Made by a program: the position numbers and the translations under genes. From Candidatus Saccharimonadota bacterium (GTDB taxonomy: Bacteria > Patescibacteriota > Saccharimonadia > UBA4664), in NCBI GenBank assembly GCA_019352195.1, contig JACAFG010000004.1, positions 21,024-85,023 of the forward strand: 64,000 bases of DNA, in the 5' to 3' direction. The notes below the pieces were generated by a model. The model had not been told where the DNA came from. It did no database searches and saw nothing but the letters and a program-made list of their open reading frames with translations. Numbering within the stretch: the first letter of the stretch is position 1; every line of letters begins with the position of its first letter. Shown piece after piece: positions 20,736 through 28,666 of this stretch.

Positions 20736-21377
20736 TTACTCCGGGGCAGTTTCGGCCAGATGTTCGAGCATCACGGGATCGCTTGACGCGGACAGCCAAT
20801 GCGGCGCAAAGTCTGCGATCATGCCACTGTCGTCGCCATCCGAGGTGCCGGTCGCCCAGCAGTTATAGAACGTGAGGAGGCCGATACGGTTGCGGTTGAG
20901 CGCTTGCACCGCAAACCACGTATCGGGTGGCACCAGGAGCCCTCGGGTTGGCTTAATCTCTTCGGCGACAACGGCGCCGAAGTTGTCGATCACCACCGCC
21001 AAATACGTTCCCACAGTTGGAATGAGGTAGCAGTAGTGGCTATACAACTGCCGCGGGCCCCATACCGAGTAGATCTTGGCGACTTCATGGCTTTCGAGAG
21101 CCAGGTCACCGCTGTGTTTGACCCCGAGTAACTCCAGAATCTCGGCGCTGATGGGGGTGTGGACGGCCCCAAAATTCGTCTTTCTCACCGGCACCACCAC
21201 CACAATAAGGCCGTTGATGGTTATTGAGTGTATGAGCGTGAAGGTCATCTCAGCTCCAAACTGGGTCGTGAACGCGGAAAAATAGGCTGCGTTCACACTA
21301 CGGCCCTTGAGCGTCGCTGTCAACGTTGTCCCAGATACGGAAGCTGTCATAAATAGTCGGTTTGCGGTAAAACACAT
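20736..21377 (-). CDS. Cupin-fold protein, possibly a dTDP-sugar 3,4-ketoisomerase or epimerase (FdtA/WxcM/RmlC-like).
   Basis: Position next to rmlA/rmlB; loose similarity of GLLVPPDTWFAVQALNRNRIGLLTFYNCWATGTSDGDD to the FdtA-type cupin core; weakly supported. Confidence 0.4.
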   Translation of the reverse strand: MCFTANRLFMTASVSGTTLTATLKGRSVNAAYFSAFTTQFGAEMTFTLIHSITINGLIVVVVPVRKTNFGAVHTPISAEILELLGVKHSGDLALESHEVAKIYSVWGPRQLYSHYCYLIPTVGTYLAVVIDNFGAVVAEEIKPTRGLLVPPDTWFAVQALNRNRIGLLTFYNCWATGTSDGDDSGMIADFAPHWLSASSDPVMLEHLAETAPE

Positions 21378-21598
21378 TACGTGCGTTAACAGTGCTCAAA
21401 AACTAGCTCATTAACACTTAAAAATACCTTTCTCTTTCGTGATCTGCGGAACAGGATACGATCGGCCGGCTCCATGGGTGGGCAATCCGATCATATCCCG
21501 ATCCGCGGCACACCGTGGGGAGGAACGTGCACTATGTATGGTACCCACATGACACGCCTTCGTAAGGCGGACAAGAACTTGCAACGAAGTCACGTGGG

Positions 21599-21973
21599 GT
21601 GGCTGCTCACCTCGCCTTGACGGTGAGCATGCTGGCTATCACCACCACCTACACCTACAAGGTGACCCAGACGGGCACCTGCAACTACGTCTCCGGCCAG
21701 AAGCATTCGGTCACCCAGACGGCTCCCGTCGGTGGTCCACCGGTGAAGAGCGGTACTACCGTGCTGAGTCGGCCTATCACCATCAGGTCCGGGTTCAACA
21801 CCAATCTCTCCACCGACGGGGTGAGCTACCCGGTACCTCGCGCTCATGCCTTCAGCCAGACCATCACCATGACCGGCCCGGTTGTCGTCACCACCAAGCT
21901 CGGAAAACTTTCGGGCCCGCCCATCGCCGGCAACAGGCTGGACAGCTGCCAGCTGCCCCGCCTTTTAATTTGA
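21599..21973 (+). CDS. Orphan Thr/Gly/Pro-rich ORF with very high GC3. It may be the body of a secreted-protein gene whose ATG start (21549) sits in another frame.
   Basis: Strong third-position G/C bias unlike neighbouring genes; the upstream frame encodes MTRLRKADKNLQRSHVGWLLTSP, a signal-like start that ends at a TGA at 21618. Confidence 0.3.
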   Translation: MAAHLALTVSMLAITTTYTYKVTQTGTCNYVSGQKHSVTQTAPVGGPPVKSGTTVLSRPITIRSGFNTNLSTDGVSYPVPRAHAFSQTITMTGPVVVTTKLGKLSGPPIAGNRLDSCQLPRLLI

Positions 21974-22003
21974 CAAAATGGCTAACAAAGTTACGTCAAA
22001 CGC

Positions 22004-23800
22004 TTGAGCTTATGGCATAATAAAGATCAGATGACATCAGATTCTATGACCGAATATGAGCAAGATACTTCGTCTCGCCCTCGCTGGGGCTGGCGTATTG
22101 TGGGTGGCGCGGTTGTAGTCGTAATCTTATTGGTCGGCAGTTTTGAGCTCGTTTATGCCGGCAAAGTCTACCCGGGTGTCAGCGTTGACGGCGTCTACGT
22201 CGGCGGTTCATCAAAAACGACTGCCGATAGCACCATCTCGGCTGCTACCGTCACCTACGCGGCCGCCATTCTGCCAGTGACGTATGGTACGACGACCCTT
22301 AAAATCCCGCTCCACACACTTAACCTTAAATATGACGCCACCGGCGGAGCCGCGCTCGCGTATAGCTATGGCCGTACCGGCAACTTATGGGTGCGCGCTA
22401 CTCAGCAGCTGCGTGCCCTTGTCGGCCGCCCAACCACATACGCGCGCTACACCTATGACGATGCCACTCTCTCGCCTTATATTATTCAGGCCAGCAATGA
22501 CGTTGCTACACCCGCCGTTAACGCTGGGCTTACCTTTAGCAACAACCAAGCCACCGTCACTCCAGCAGCCGACGGTAAGCGGCTCAACCTTGGCCTTTTA
22601 GTCATGAATTTACAAAACCGCTTCGGCTCTACGTCCACCGACACGTTAGCCGCGCCAGTTTATGGTTTACCCGCTGCGGTTTCAACAGCCGCTCTCTCGG
22701 CCGCCACGCCCGAGGCTGATACCGACCTCACCGCGCCCCTTCAGCTCACGTACGGCCAAAGCAACCAGACCGTCGATCAGGTGACCATCGCAAAATGGCT
22801 CAAAATTGGCGCGGTCGCCCCAGGCGATTTTTTGCTGACGCACGACCTCCACGATTTATACCCAGCGCCTGCCACCGCCAGTTTATCGCTCGACAACGCT
22901 GCCATTACCGCCTACGTCAACAACTTGGCTGCCAACGTCAATAAAGACGCTACCAATGCTCAGCTGGCCATGGTGAATGGCACGCTTACCGTTACATCTC
23001 CCAGCATCGATGGAGTTGCGCTCGACACTTCCGGCGCCGTTACGGCCATTACCAACGCTCTCAAACAACCAAATGGTAACCGTACCGTTACCATTGCTGT
23101 CAAAACCACCCAGGCCGCGGTTCGCGAAGACAATTTAGCCTCACTCGGCATTACCGACCAGCTATCGGAAGGTGAAACCTATTTCCCTGGCTCGCCCGCC
23201 GGCCGCCTCCAAAACGTGCGCGTCGGCTCATCGAAGTTCAACGGCGTAGTGCTTGCTCCCGGCGAGCAATTTAGTTTCGGTAAACTCCTCGGCGAAGTCG
23301 ATGCTTCCACAGGGTATGTTCCCGAACTCGTCATTTTGTCTGACCACGAAGAAGATCAGTACGGTGGGGGATTATGCCAAGTTAGCTCCACGGTCTTCCG
23401 TGCCGCCTTGGCCGCTGGTCTGCCCATCAACGAGCGCGTCAATCATGCATTCGCGATCAGCTACTACACATGGCCCTACAGTGTTCCTGGACTTGATGCC
23501 ACGATTTACTATCCCGCCATCGACTTTAAATTCACTAATGACACTGGCCACTACCTTCTCATGCAAACCACGATGAAAGGTTACGACCTCAAATTCGATT
23601 TTTACGGCACCAAAACTAAGTCGGGTGTCATTCGCGGACCATACTTTGTCTCGGGCTCTAACGACGCTAAGCAACCGTCGCAAACCGTCTTCTACCGCGA
23701 CGTACTTGATCTTGCCGGCAACGTCACCAAAACTGACACCTTTAATACCTATTACAAATCATCACTCGACTATCCCGTGCAACTCAACGGCACGAAGTAG
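22004..23800 (+). CDS. VanW family protein.
   Basis: N-terminal TM helix; conserved VanW motif GGGLCQVSSTVFRAALAAGLPI. Confidence 0.8.
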   Translation: MSLWHNKDQMTSDSMTEYEQDTSSRPRWGWRIVGGAVVVVILLVGSFELVYAGKVYPGVSVDGVYVGGSSKTTADSTISAATVTYAAAILPVTYGTTTLKIPLHTLNLKYDATGGAALAYSYGRTGNLWVRATQQLRALVGRPTTYARYTYDDATLSPYIIQASNDVATPAVNAGLTFSNNQATVTPAADGKRLNLGLLVMNLQNRFGSTSTDTLAAPVYGLPAAVSTAALSAATPEADTDLTAPLQLTYGQSNQTVDQVTIAKWLKIGAVAPGDFLLTHDLHDLYPAPATASLSLDNAAITAYVNNLAANVNKDATNAQLAMVNGTLTVTSPSIDGVALDTSGAVTAITNALKQPNGNRTVTIAVKTTQAAVREDNLASLGITDQLSEGETYFPGSPAGRLQNVRVGSSKFNGVVLAPGEQFSFGKLLGEVDASTGYVPELVILSDHEEDQYGGGLCQVSSTVFRAALAAGLPINERVNHAFAISYYTWPYSVPGLDATIYYPAIDFKFTNDTGHYLLMQTTMKGYDLKFDFYGTKTKSGVIRGPYFVSGSNDAKQPSQTVFYRDVLDLAGNVTKTDTFNTYYKSSLDYPVQLNGTK

Positions 23801-23886
23801 TTAACTTCCTGAGCGTAGTTCGGCCACCAAGTGTCAGATTCTACATTATTGAAGAGCGTTCTGGCTAATGGCATGTAAGGCTAAAA

Positions 23887-23929
23887 CCGAACAAAAAGCG
23901 TTGACACTTCGGCTTCTGTTCGGTACTAT
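23887..23929 (+). promoter_or_regulatory. lexA promoter with a candidate operator: the inverted repeat CCGAACA-N23-TGTTCGG overlaps a TTGACA-N17-TACTAT promoter.
   Basis: Read directly: ccgaaca at 23887-93, ttgaca at 23901-06, tgttcgg at 23917-23, tactat at 23924-29; a GGAGGG SD precedes the lexA ATG at 23960. Confidence 0.55.
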
Positions 23930-23959
23930 CTAAATTAGATAACCGCCGGAGGGAAAATC

Positions 23960-24580
23960 ATGGCTGAACCACTAACTAAACGTCAAAAAGAAGTTTTAGA
24001 CTACGTCACCCAATTCATCGAGATGTACGGCTATGCGCCCAGCTATCGTGAAATTGCCGCCCACTTTAAGTATGGCTCCGTCGCCACTGTTGCCGAGCAC
24101 ATCGAATCGCTCGTTACCAAAGGCATGCTGCAAAAAGGCGATAACGAAGCCCGTTCTATCCAGCTCGTTCCGGCTGACAATGTGGATGTATCCAGCAGTA
24201 TCGGTCTGCCCATTATGGGGCTCGTCGCTGCCGGCCAGCCGATCGAAACCCTTGGTGGTCATAGTGAAACTCTTGAGGTGCCACCCTTCATGGTTGGGCG
24301 CCGCAACTCTTATGTCCTGCAGGTAAAAGGGCAGTCCATGATCGAAATTGGCGTTAATGATGGTGACTATGTCGTAGTGCAAGAAAAAGAAGTGCCCAGC
24401 AATGGTGATCTCGTCATTGCCCTGCTTAATGGCGGTGAAGCTACATTTAAGCGCTACTACAAAGAAAAAGGCCACATTCGCTTACAGCCTGAAAATTCAT
24501 CGATGGAACCAATTATCGTTGAGGCGGGGACTCCCATTGAAATTCAAGGTATCGTTATCGGCCTGATTCGTAAGTATTAG
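23960..24580 (+). CDS. lexA: LexA repressor.
   Basis: N-terminal wHTH; S24 peptidase motifs VKGQSM and the catalytic K in FKRYYKEKG; the stop is TAG. Confidence 0.9.
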   Translation: MAEPLTKRQKEVLDYVTQFIEMYGYAPSYREIAAHFKYGSVATVAEHIESLVTKGMLQKGDNEARSIQLVPADNVDVSSSIGLPIMGLVAAGQPIETLGGHSETLEVPPFMVGRRNSYVLQVKGQSMIEIGVNDGDYVVVQEKEVPSNGDLVIALLNGGEATFKRYYKEKGHIRLQPENSSMEPIIVEAGTPIEIQGIVIGLIRKY

Positions 24581-24915
24581 TTACCTGGCGCTCTGCGGTG
24601 TTGCTACCTCAAGGCCGCGCTCACAATACTTCTATGTGCGGCCTTGGCGTTCGCCTTGCATATCATGCTACTGACTAATGCTTCAACTGCTCGAGCTGAG
24701 AAAATAACTATGGAAGGCCAATACAAAATGAAATCCGCAGTTCGGTTCGATTGTCAAATGTATATCTCGGGACGTGGCGCAGTGCAGGTCGCCATGCCCG
24801 TCCTATCGCCGCACCGGCGTGAGGCGCGACTTGAGCCAATTAGCTTTGAAACTCTGGCCGATCCGTCGTTTGGACGCCTGTTGTTGGCGCTCGACAATCT
24901 GCCGCAAATCGCACT

Positions 24916-26091
24916 CTAGCGATACAAGTGATCGCGCGTTAGCGGTCCGTTAGGGTTTGGTCCCGCAGTCATAACAAACTGCGACAATGTCAGGTTACCG
25001 TGACGGAAGCCGTTTACAGAGCCCGCAAGATATAATTCCCACATACGATAAAAGCGCTCATCGTACATCGAAATTATTTCTTCCTTATGCGCTTCATACC
25101 GTCGACGCCATTCTTCGAGCGTTAAAGCGTAATGATAGCGCAGGTTTTCGTAGTCTTGGAGCTCAAAATCAAACTGCTCGATTAAACTGGCGGTTTTAGC
25201 AACGGTTGGCAAATATCCACCCGGGAAAATATATTTATCAATCCAAGGATCGTTGGGAGCCTCATAACGGTTGGTTATCGTATGCAGCACCGATAACCCA
25301 TCATGAGAAAGCATTTTTCGCACCGCCTCAAAATAGTTGTGATGATTACCGATCCCAACATGTTCATACATACCAACTGATGCAATTCGGTCAAATTTTA
25401 TCTTTTGCTCAGCCAAATCCTGGTAATTCATGAGCTTAACTTCAATCCTATCCTGGAGGCCGAGAGCTGCGATACGCTGGTTGGACAGCTTAAACTGCTC
25501 CTCGCTTAACGTAACGCCAATACCGCTGATATCGTACTGCTGGGCGGCGGCAATAAGCAGCTGTCCCCACCCGGAGCCAATATCGAGTAACCGCAAACCG
25601 GGCTTTAACTGCAGTTTGCGCAAGATATGTTCAACTTTTTGTTTCTGAGCTAGCTCCAAAGTATCGGTTGGTGTCTTAAAATAGGCACACGAATACAACA
25701 TCGACTCATCGAGCCACAGTTTGTAGAAATCGTTACCCAAATCATAATGATGCGCAATCTGTTGGCGCTGCTTACTACGCTTGTTAGCCTGCGGGCGTAC
25801 CGACGGTACATACTTTGCCACCTTGGCAAACACAGCCTGATTTTCGTCGGCTAATCGCGGAATGCCTATAATGTCGCCGCGCACTTCAACCTGGCCGTTT
25901 ATGTACGCTTCACCAAAACCAAGTGACGGGTTCTTAATGATAGCTCTAACTACTCGGGGATGCTTGATAACAATCGTGCAATACGGCTTAACAGGACCAA
26001 AACTAATAATTTCCCCATCCCAAAACTCTACCTGCAAACCGCCATGTTTCAGCCGGTTCAGAATTGCCGTAAGTAATCGTTTTTCAACCAT
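24916..26091 (-). CDS. cfa: Cyclopropane-fatty-acyl-phospholipid synthase.
   Basis: SAM-binding LLDIGSGWG and the CFA synthase family C-terminus. Confidence 0.88.
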   Translation of the reverse strand: MVEKRLLTAILNRLKHGGLQVEFWDGEIISFGPVKPYCTIVIKHPRVVRAIIKNPSLGFGEAYINGQVEVRGDIIGIPRLADENQAVFAKVAKYVPSVRPQANKRSKQRQQIAHHYDLGNDFYKLWLDESMLYSCAYFKTPTDTLELAQKQKVEHILRKLQLKPGLRLLDIGSGWGQLLIAAAQQYDISGIGVTLSEEQFKLSNQRIAALGLQDRIEVKLMNYQDLAEQKIKFDRIASVGMYEHVGIGNHHNYFEAVRKMLSHDGLSVLHTITNRYEAPNDPWIDKYIFPGGYLPTVAKTASLIEQFDFELQDYENLRYHYALTLEEWRRRYEAHKEEIISMYDERFYRMWELYLAGSVNGFRHGNLTLSQFVMTAGPNPNGPLTRDHLYR

Positions 26092-26293
26092 ACGGCAAGC
26101 ATACCCCCAGCCTCAGCAAAAACCCAGATGTCCGCAGTATACAAAACGCCGAGCTGCCTCATTGACCCCAGCTCATAAGCTCACTATAATCACTGGGTAT
26201 TCGGCCCCAATCCTGCTGTCAGGAACTGCGAATTTCGATGATAATATTCCGAAGTAGCACTGCTTGCAGAGCTAACCGGGAGCACCACAATAA

Positions 26294-26368
26294 TCCGGAG
26301 TAGCTCAGTGGTAGAGCGAGCGACTGTTAATCGCTTGGTCGTCGGTTCGAGCCCGACCTCCGGAGCCA
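26294..26368 (+). tRNA. tRNA-Asn (anticodon GTT) with an encoded CCA.
   Basis: Manual cloverleaf: acceptor TCCGGAG/CTCCGGA, D-arm GCTC-AGTGGTA-GAGC, anticodon stem AGCGA/TCGCT with loop CTGTTAA, T-arm GTCGG-TTCGAGC-CCGAC, discriminator G, CCA. Confidence 0.88.
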
Positions 26369-26382
26369 TAGAACTTATGCTT

Positions 26383-26410
26383 AAAGAGGCTTACCTAAGC
26401 CTCTTTTTGT
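26383..26410 (+). terminator. Rho-independent terminator after the tRNA-Asn gene.
   Basis: aaagaggctta-cc-taagcctcttt followed by ttgtt. Confidence 0.6.
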
Positions 26411-26440
26411 TATGCGATTAGCCAGGAGTATAATTAACCT

Positions 26441-26773
26441 ATGAACCGCATCGCTAAGATCCTAACTGCCGCAGTCGTAACACTGCTTATGAGCTTCTGT
26501 GGGTATCAGGCTTTGGCTATGGTGATGGACGATATGCATGTAGCGACGATGCAGCATAGCGACGCCAGCTGCCTGAATCAGTGTCTGGCAAGTGCATCTC
26601 AAAGCCCATTACTACCCGCTACCCAGCAGACCATCCAGCTATTCCTTACATTCCTGGTGCAAATTGCGCCACTGCTGTTGCTTGTGCCTTTAACGATCTC
26701 GCTCAGTTATTTTGCCTCACGCCCACGACCTTCGCCAAACATCGTGAAGCTCAACGTCTCATATCTCGACTGA
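26441..26773 (+). CDS. Small exported or membrane protein with a Met/His-rich segment; possible periplasmic copper-binding protein.
   Basis: Signal peptide; MVMDDMHVATMQHSDASCLNQC Met/His/Cys-rich stretch; C-terminal TM helix; it heads the copper gene block. Confidence 0.45.
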   Translation: MNRIAKILTAAVVTLLMSFCGYQALAMVMDDMHVATMQHSDASCLNQCLASASQSPLLPATQQTIQLFLTFLVQIAPLLLLVPLTISLSYFASRPRPSPNIVKLNVSYLD

Positions 26774-26776
26774 TTT

Positions 26777-26857
26777 CTAATTAATTCCTCATTTGAGTAA
26801 TTAATTAGGAGTTTATTGTGTTAATACATAACACCGACTCTCGCCCTCAGGAGAGTC
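26777..26857 (+). promoter_or_regulatory. AT-rich palindrome CTAATTAATT/AATTAATTAG (26777-26808), plus an RBS-overlapping hairpin GACTCTC-N8-GAGAGTC (26836-26857), immediately upstream of the copper operon.
   Basis: Inverted repeats read directly from the sequence; the second 3-prime arm overlaps the AGGAGAG SD 7 nt before the ATG at 26862. Confidence 0.4.
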
Positions 26858-26861
26858 ACCA

Positions 26862-28049
26862 ATGGCAAATCTAGGTTTAATCTTCATTACTGGTCTTACG
26901 ACAGGTGGGCTCAGCTGCCTAGCAGTACAAGGCGGGATGCTCGCTAGTTCCATCGCCGTCAGCACTGAAGAGGAGATGACGGAGCAGATTAGCACTCGTG
27001 GTACTGAGTATGAACACGAGCTGGAGCTGCTCAACCAGCGTGATCTTTCGAAGAGTAGGTATGCTGAGGCGTTACAGAACCTCAAACACCGCTATCCCGT
27101 ACTGGTTACTGAGAAAAGAAACGGTAAGCAACGACTCGCCACACCGATCGTTCTCTTCTTAGTGGCAAAACTGGTCGCCTATACCCTCCTGGGCTTTATG
27201 CTCGGCTGGCTAGGCTCAATGCTACAGCTTACCCCCATGATGAGAGCGATCCTACAGATTTCAATCGGGATCTTTATGGTCGGAACAGCGCTGAGACTGC
27301 TCAATGTACACCCGATCTTCCGCCACTTTGCTCTTGAGCCGCCCAAGGCGGTTACCCGCTATATTCGACGCAAGACCAAGTCGAATAACAGCTCATGGTT
27401 TCAGCCAATGTTTCTTGGCGCACTCACGGTGTTCATACCCTGCGGCGTAACCCAGGCGATGATGGCCTTAGCGGTTGCGAGTGGTACTCCAATCACCGGG
27501 GCGCTCATCATGTTCGCCTTCGTACTCGGAACCACACCCCTCTTCTTTACCTTGGCGTATCTCGCCACAAAGCTGGGATCCAAACTCCAGGACAGATTCT
27601 GGAAGGTCGCTGGCGTACTGGTGCTCATTCTAGGCTTGGTAGCTATAGATAGCGGTCTCAACCTGGCTGGGTCACCAATATCTTCTGTAGCGTTAAGGCA
27701 GTTGATTGACTCAGGCGTCCAAGATGACCAAACGCCAAACTCGACCGTCGAGGGTGGTGTAGTTGCAGATACATCGGCGGATGCTAGTAATGAGTTAACG
27801 ATGCGGATCACTGATTCGGCCTATAGCCCAGCGATCATGCAGGCCAAGGCTGGAGCCCCGATCAGGCTAACGGTAACAACTGCCGATGTAAAAGGCTGCG
27901 CTCGATCATTAGTAATCCCTTCAATTGGATACCAGAAGGTATTCGATACGACGGGTACTGAGACGATTGAATTGCCCGCCCAGAAACCAGGAAAGATTCG
28001 ACTCACCTGTTCGATGGGTATGTATAACGCGCAGATTAACGTGAATTAG
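26862..28049 (+). CDS. DsbD_2/CcdA-like polytopic membrane protein fused to a C-terminal cupredoxin-like (Cys2Met2) domain.
   Basis: One Cys in each of two TM pseudo-repeats (GGLSCLAVQGG, FIPCGVTQAMM) as in CcdA/DsbD; C-terminal domain with KGCARS ... LTCSMGMY. Confidence 0.6.
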   Translation: MANLGLIFITGLTTGGLSCLAVQGGMLASSIAVSTEEEMTEQISTRGTEYEHELELLNQRDLSKSRYAEALQNLKHRYPVLVTEKRNGKQRLATPIVLFLVAKLVAYTLLGFMLGWLGSMLQLTPMMRAILQISIGIFMVGTALRLLNVHPIFRHFALEPPKAVTRYIRRKTKSNNSSWFQPMFLGALTVFIPCGVTQAMMALAVASGTPITGALIMFAFVLGTTPLFFTLAYLATKLGSKLQDRFWKVAGVLVLILGLVAIDSGLNLAGSPISSVALRQLIDSGVQDDQTPNSTVEGGVVADTSADASNELTMRITDSAYSPAIMQAKAGAPIRLTVTTADVKGCARSLVIPSIGYQKVFDTTGTETIELPAQKPGKIRLTCSMGMYNAQINVN

Positions 28050-28058
28050 GAGAAATTT

Positions 28059-28319
28059 ATGGCTACTCAACAATTTGAACTCAAGAACATTAGCTGCTCT
28101 TCGTGTGTGATACACCTGGAAGGGATGGAAGACGATCTCGACGGCATCGAAAAAATCGATGTAAACTTCAAGAAGCAGATGATGAAGGTAGACTATGATC
28201 AGGACAAGATAACGCCCGACCACATCGTCTCGGCGGTCACCAAGATGGGCTACGGCGCCATCCCTGTAGAAACAACCGACAAGAAAGGCTCATCATGGTC
28301 CAGACTATTTCGATCGTAG
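28059..28319 (+). CDS. copZ: Heavy-metal-associated (HMA) domain copper chaperone with a CSSC metal-binding motif.
   Basis: ISCSSCVIHLEGM in place of the usual GMTCxxC; ferredoxin-like length (86 aa). Confidence 0.8.
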   Translation: MATQQFELKNISCSSCVIHLEGMEDDLDGIEKIDVNFKKQMMKVDYDQDKITPDHIVSAVTKMGYGAIPVETTDKKGSSWSRLFRS

Positions 28320-28666
28320 TATCGCTAGTAGCCATTGGCTTCATCCTTTGGTGGTTTTTTGGCCAGCGAGAAGCCGAGGCCAAACTGGCCGAGAACGTTG
28401 ACGGCGTTCAGGTGGTAGAGATTACCGTCGATGGCGGCTATCAGCCTCGCACGGTTCAGCTCAAGGCGGGTATGCTCGCTAAGCTCGTCTTTAACCGCAA
28501 AGATCCATCGAGTTGTTTAGAAGAGGTACTCCTACCCGACTTTGGCGTGGCTCAGATGCTCACTTTAGGAAAGAAGACCGAGATAACCATCGATCCGTCC
28601 AAGGCGGGTGAGTATAAATACACCTGCGGCATGCAGATGTTTAGCGGTAAGGTGGTGGTGAAGTGA
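28295..28666 (+). CDS. Membrane-anchored cupredoxin-like protein (Cupredoxin_1-like, Cys2Met2).
   Basis: N-terminal TM helix; SSCLEE ... YTCGMQMFSGKVVVK mirrors the C-terminal domain of the 26862 gene. Confidence 0.65.
   Translation: MVQTISIVVSLVAIGFILWWFFGQREAEAKLAENVDGVQVVEITVDGGYQPRTVQLKAGMLAKLVFNRKDPSSCLEEVLLPDFGVAQMLTLGKKTEITIDPSKAGEYKYTCGMQMFSGKVVVK

Noticed and set aside
21590-21847. 85-aa minus-strand ORF.
   Set aside because: It is the mirror-image ORF created by the extreme GC3 bias of the plus-strand frame. It has no independent support.
24644-24919. 91-aa ORF between lexA and cfa.
   Set aside because: It has no RBS, lies in a convergent intergenic region that contains the lexA terminator hairpin (24610-24646), and has low-complexity composition.
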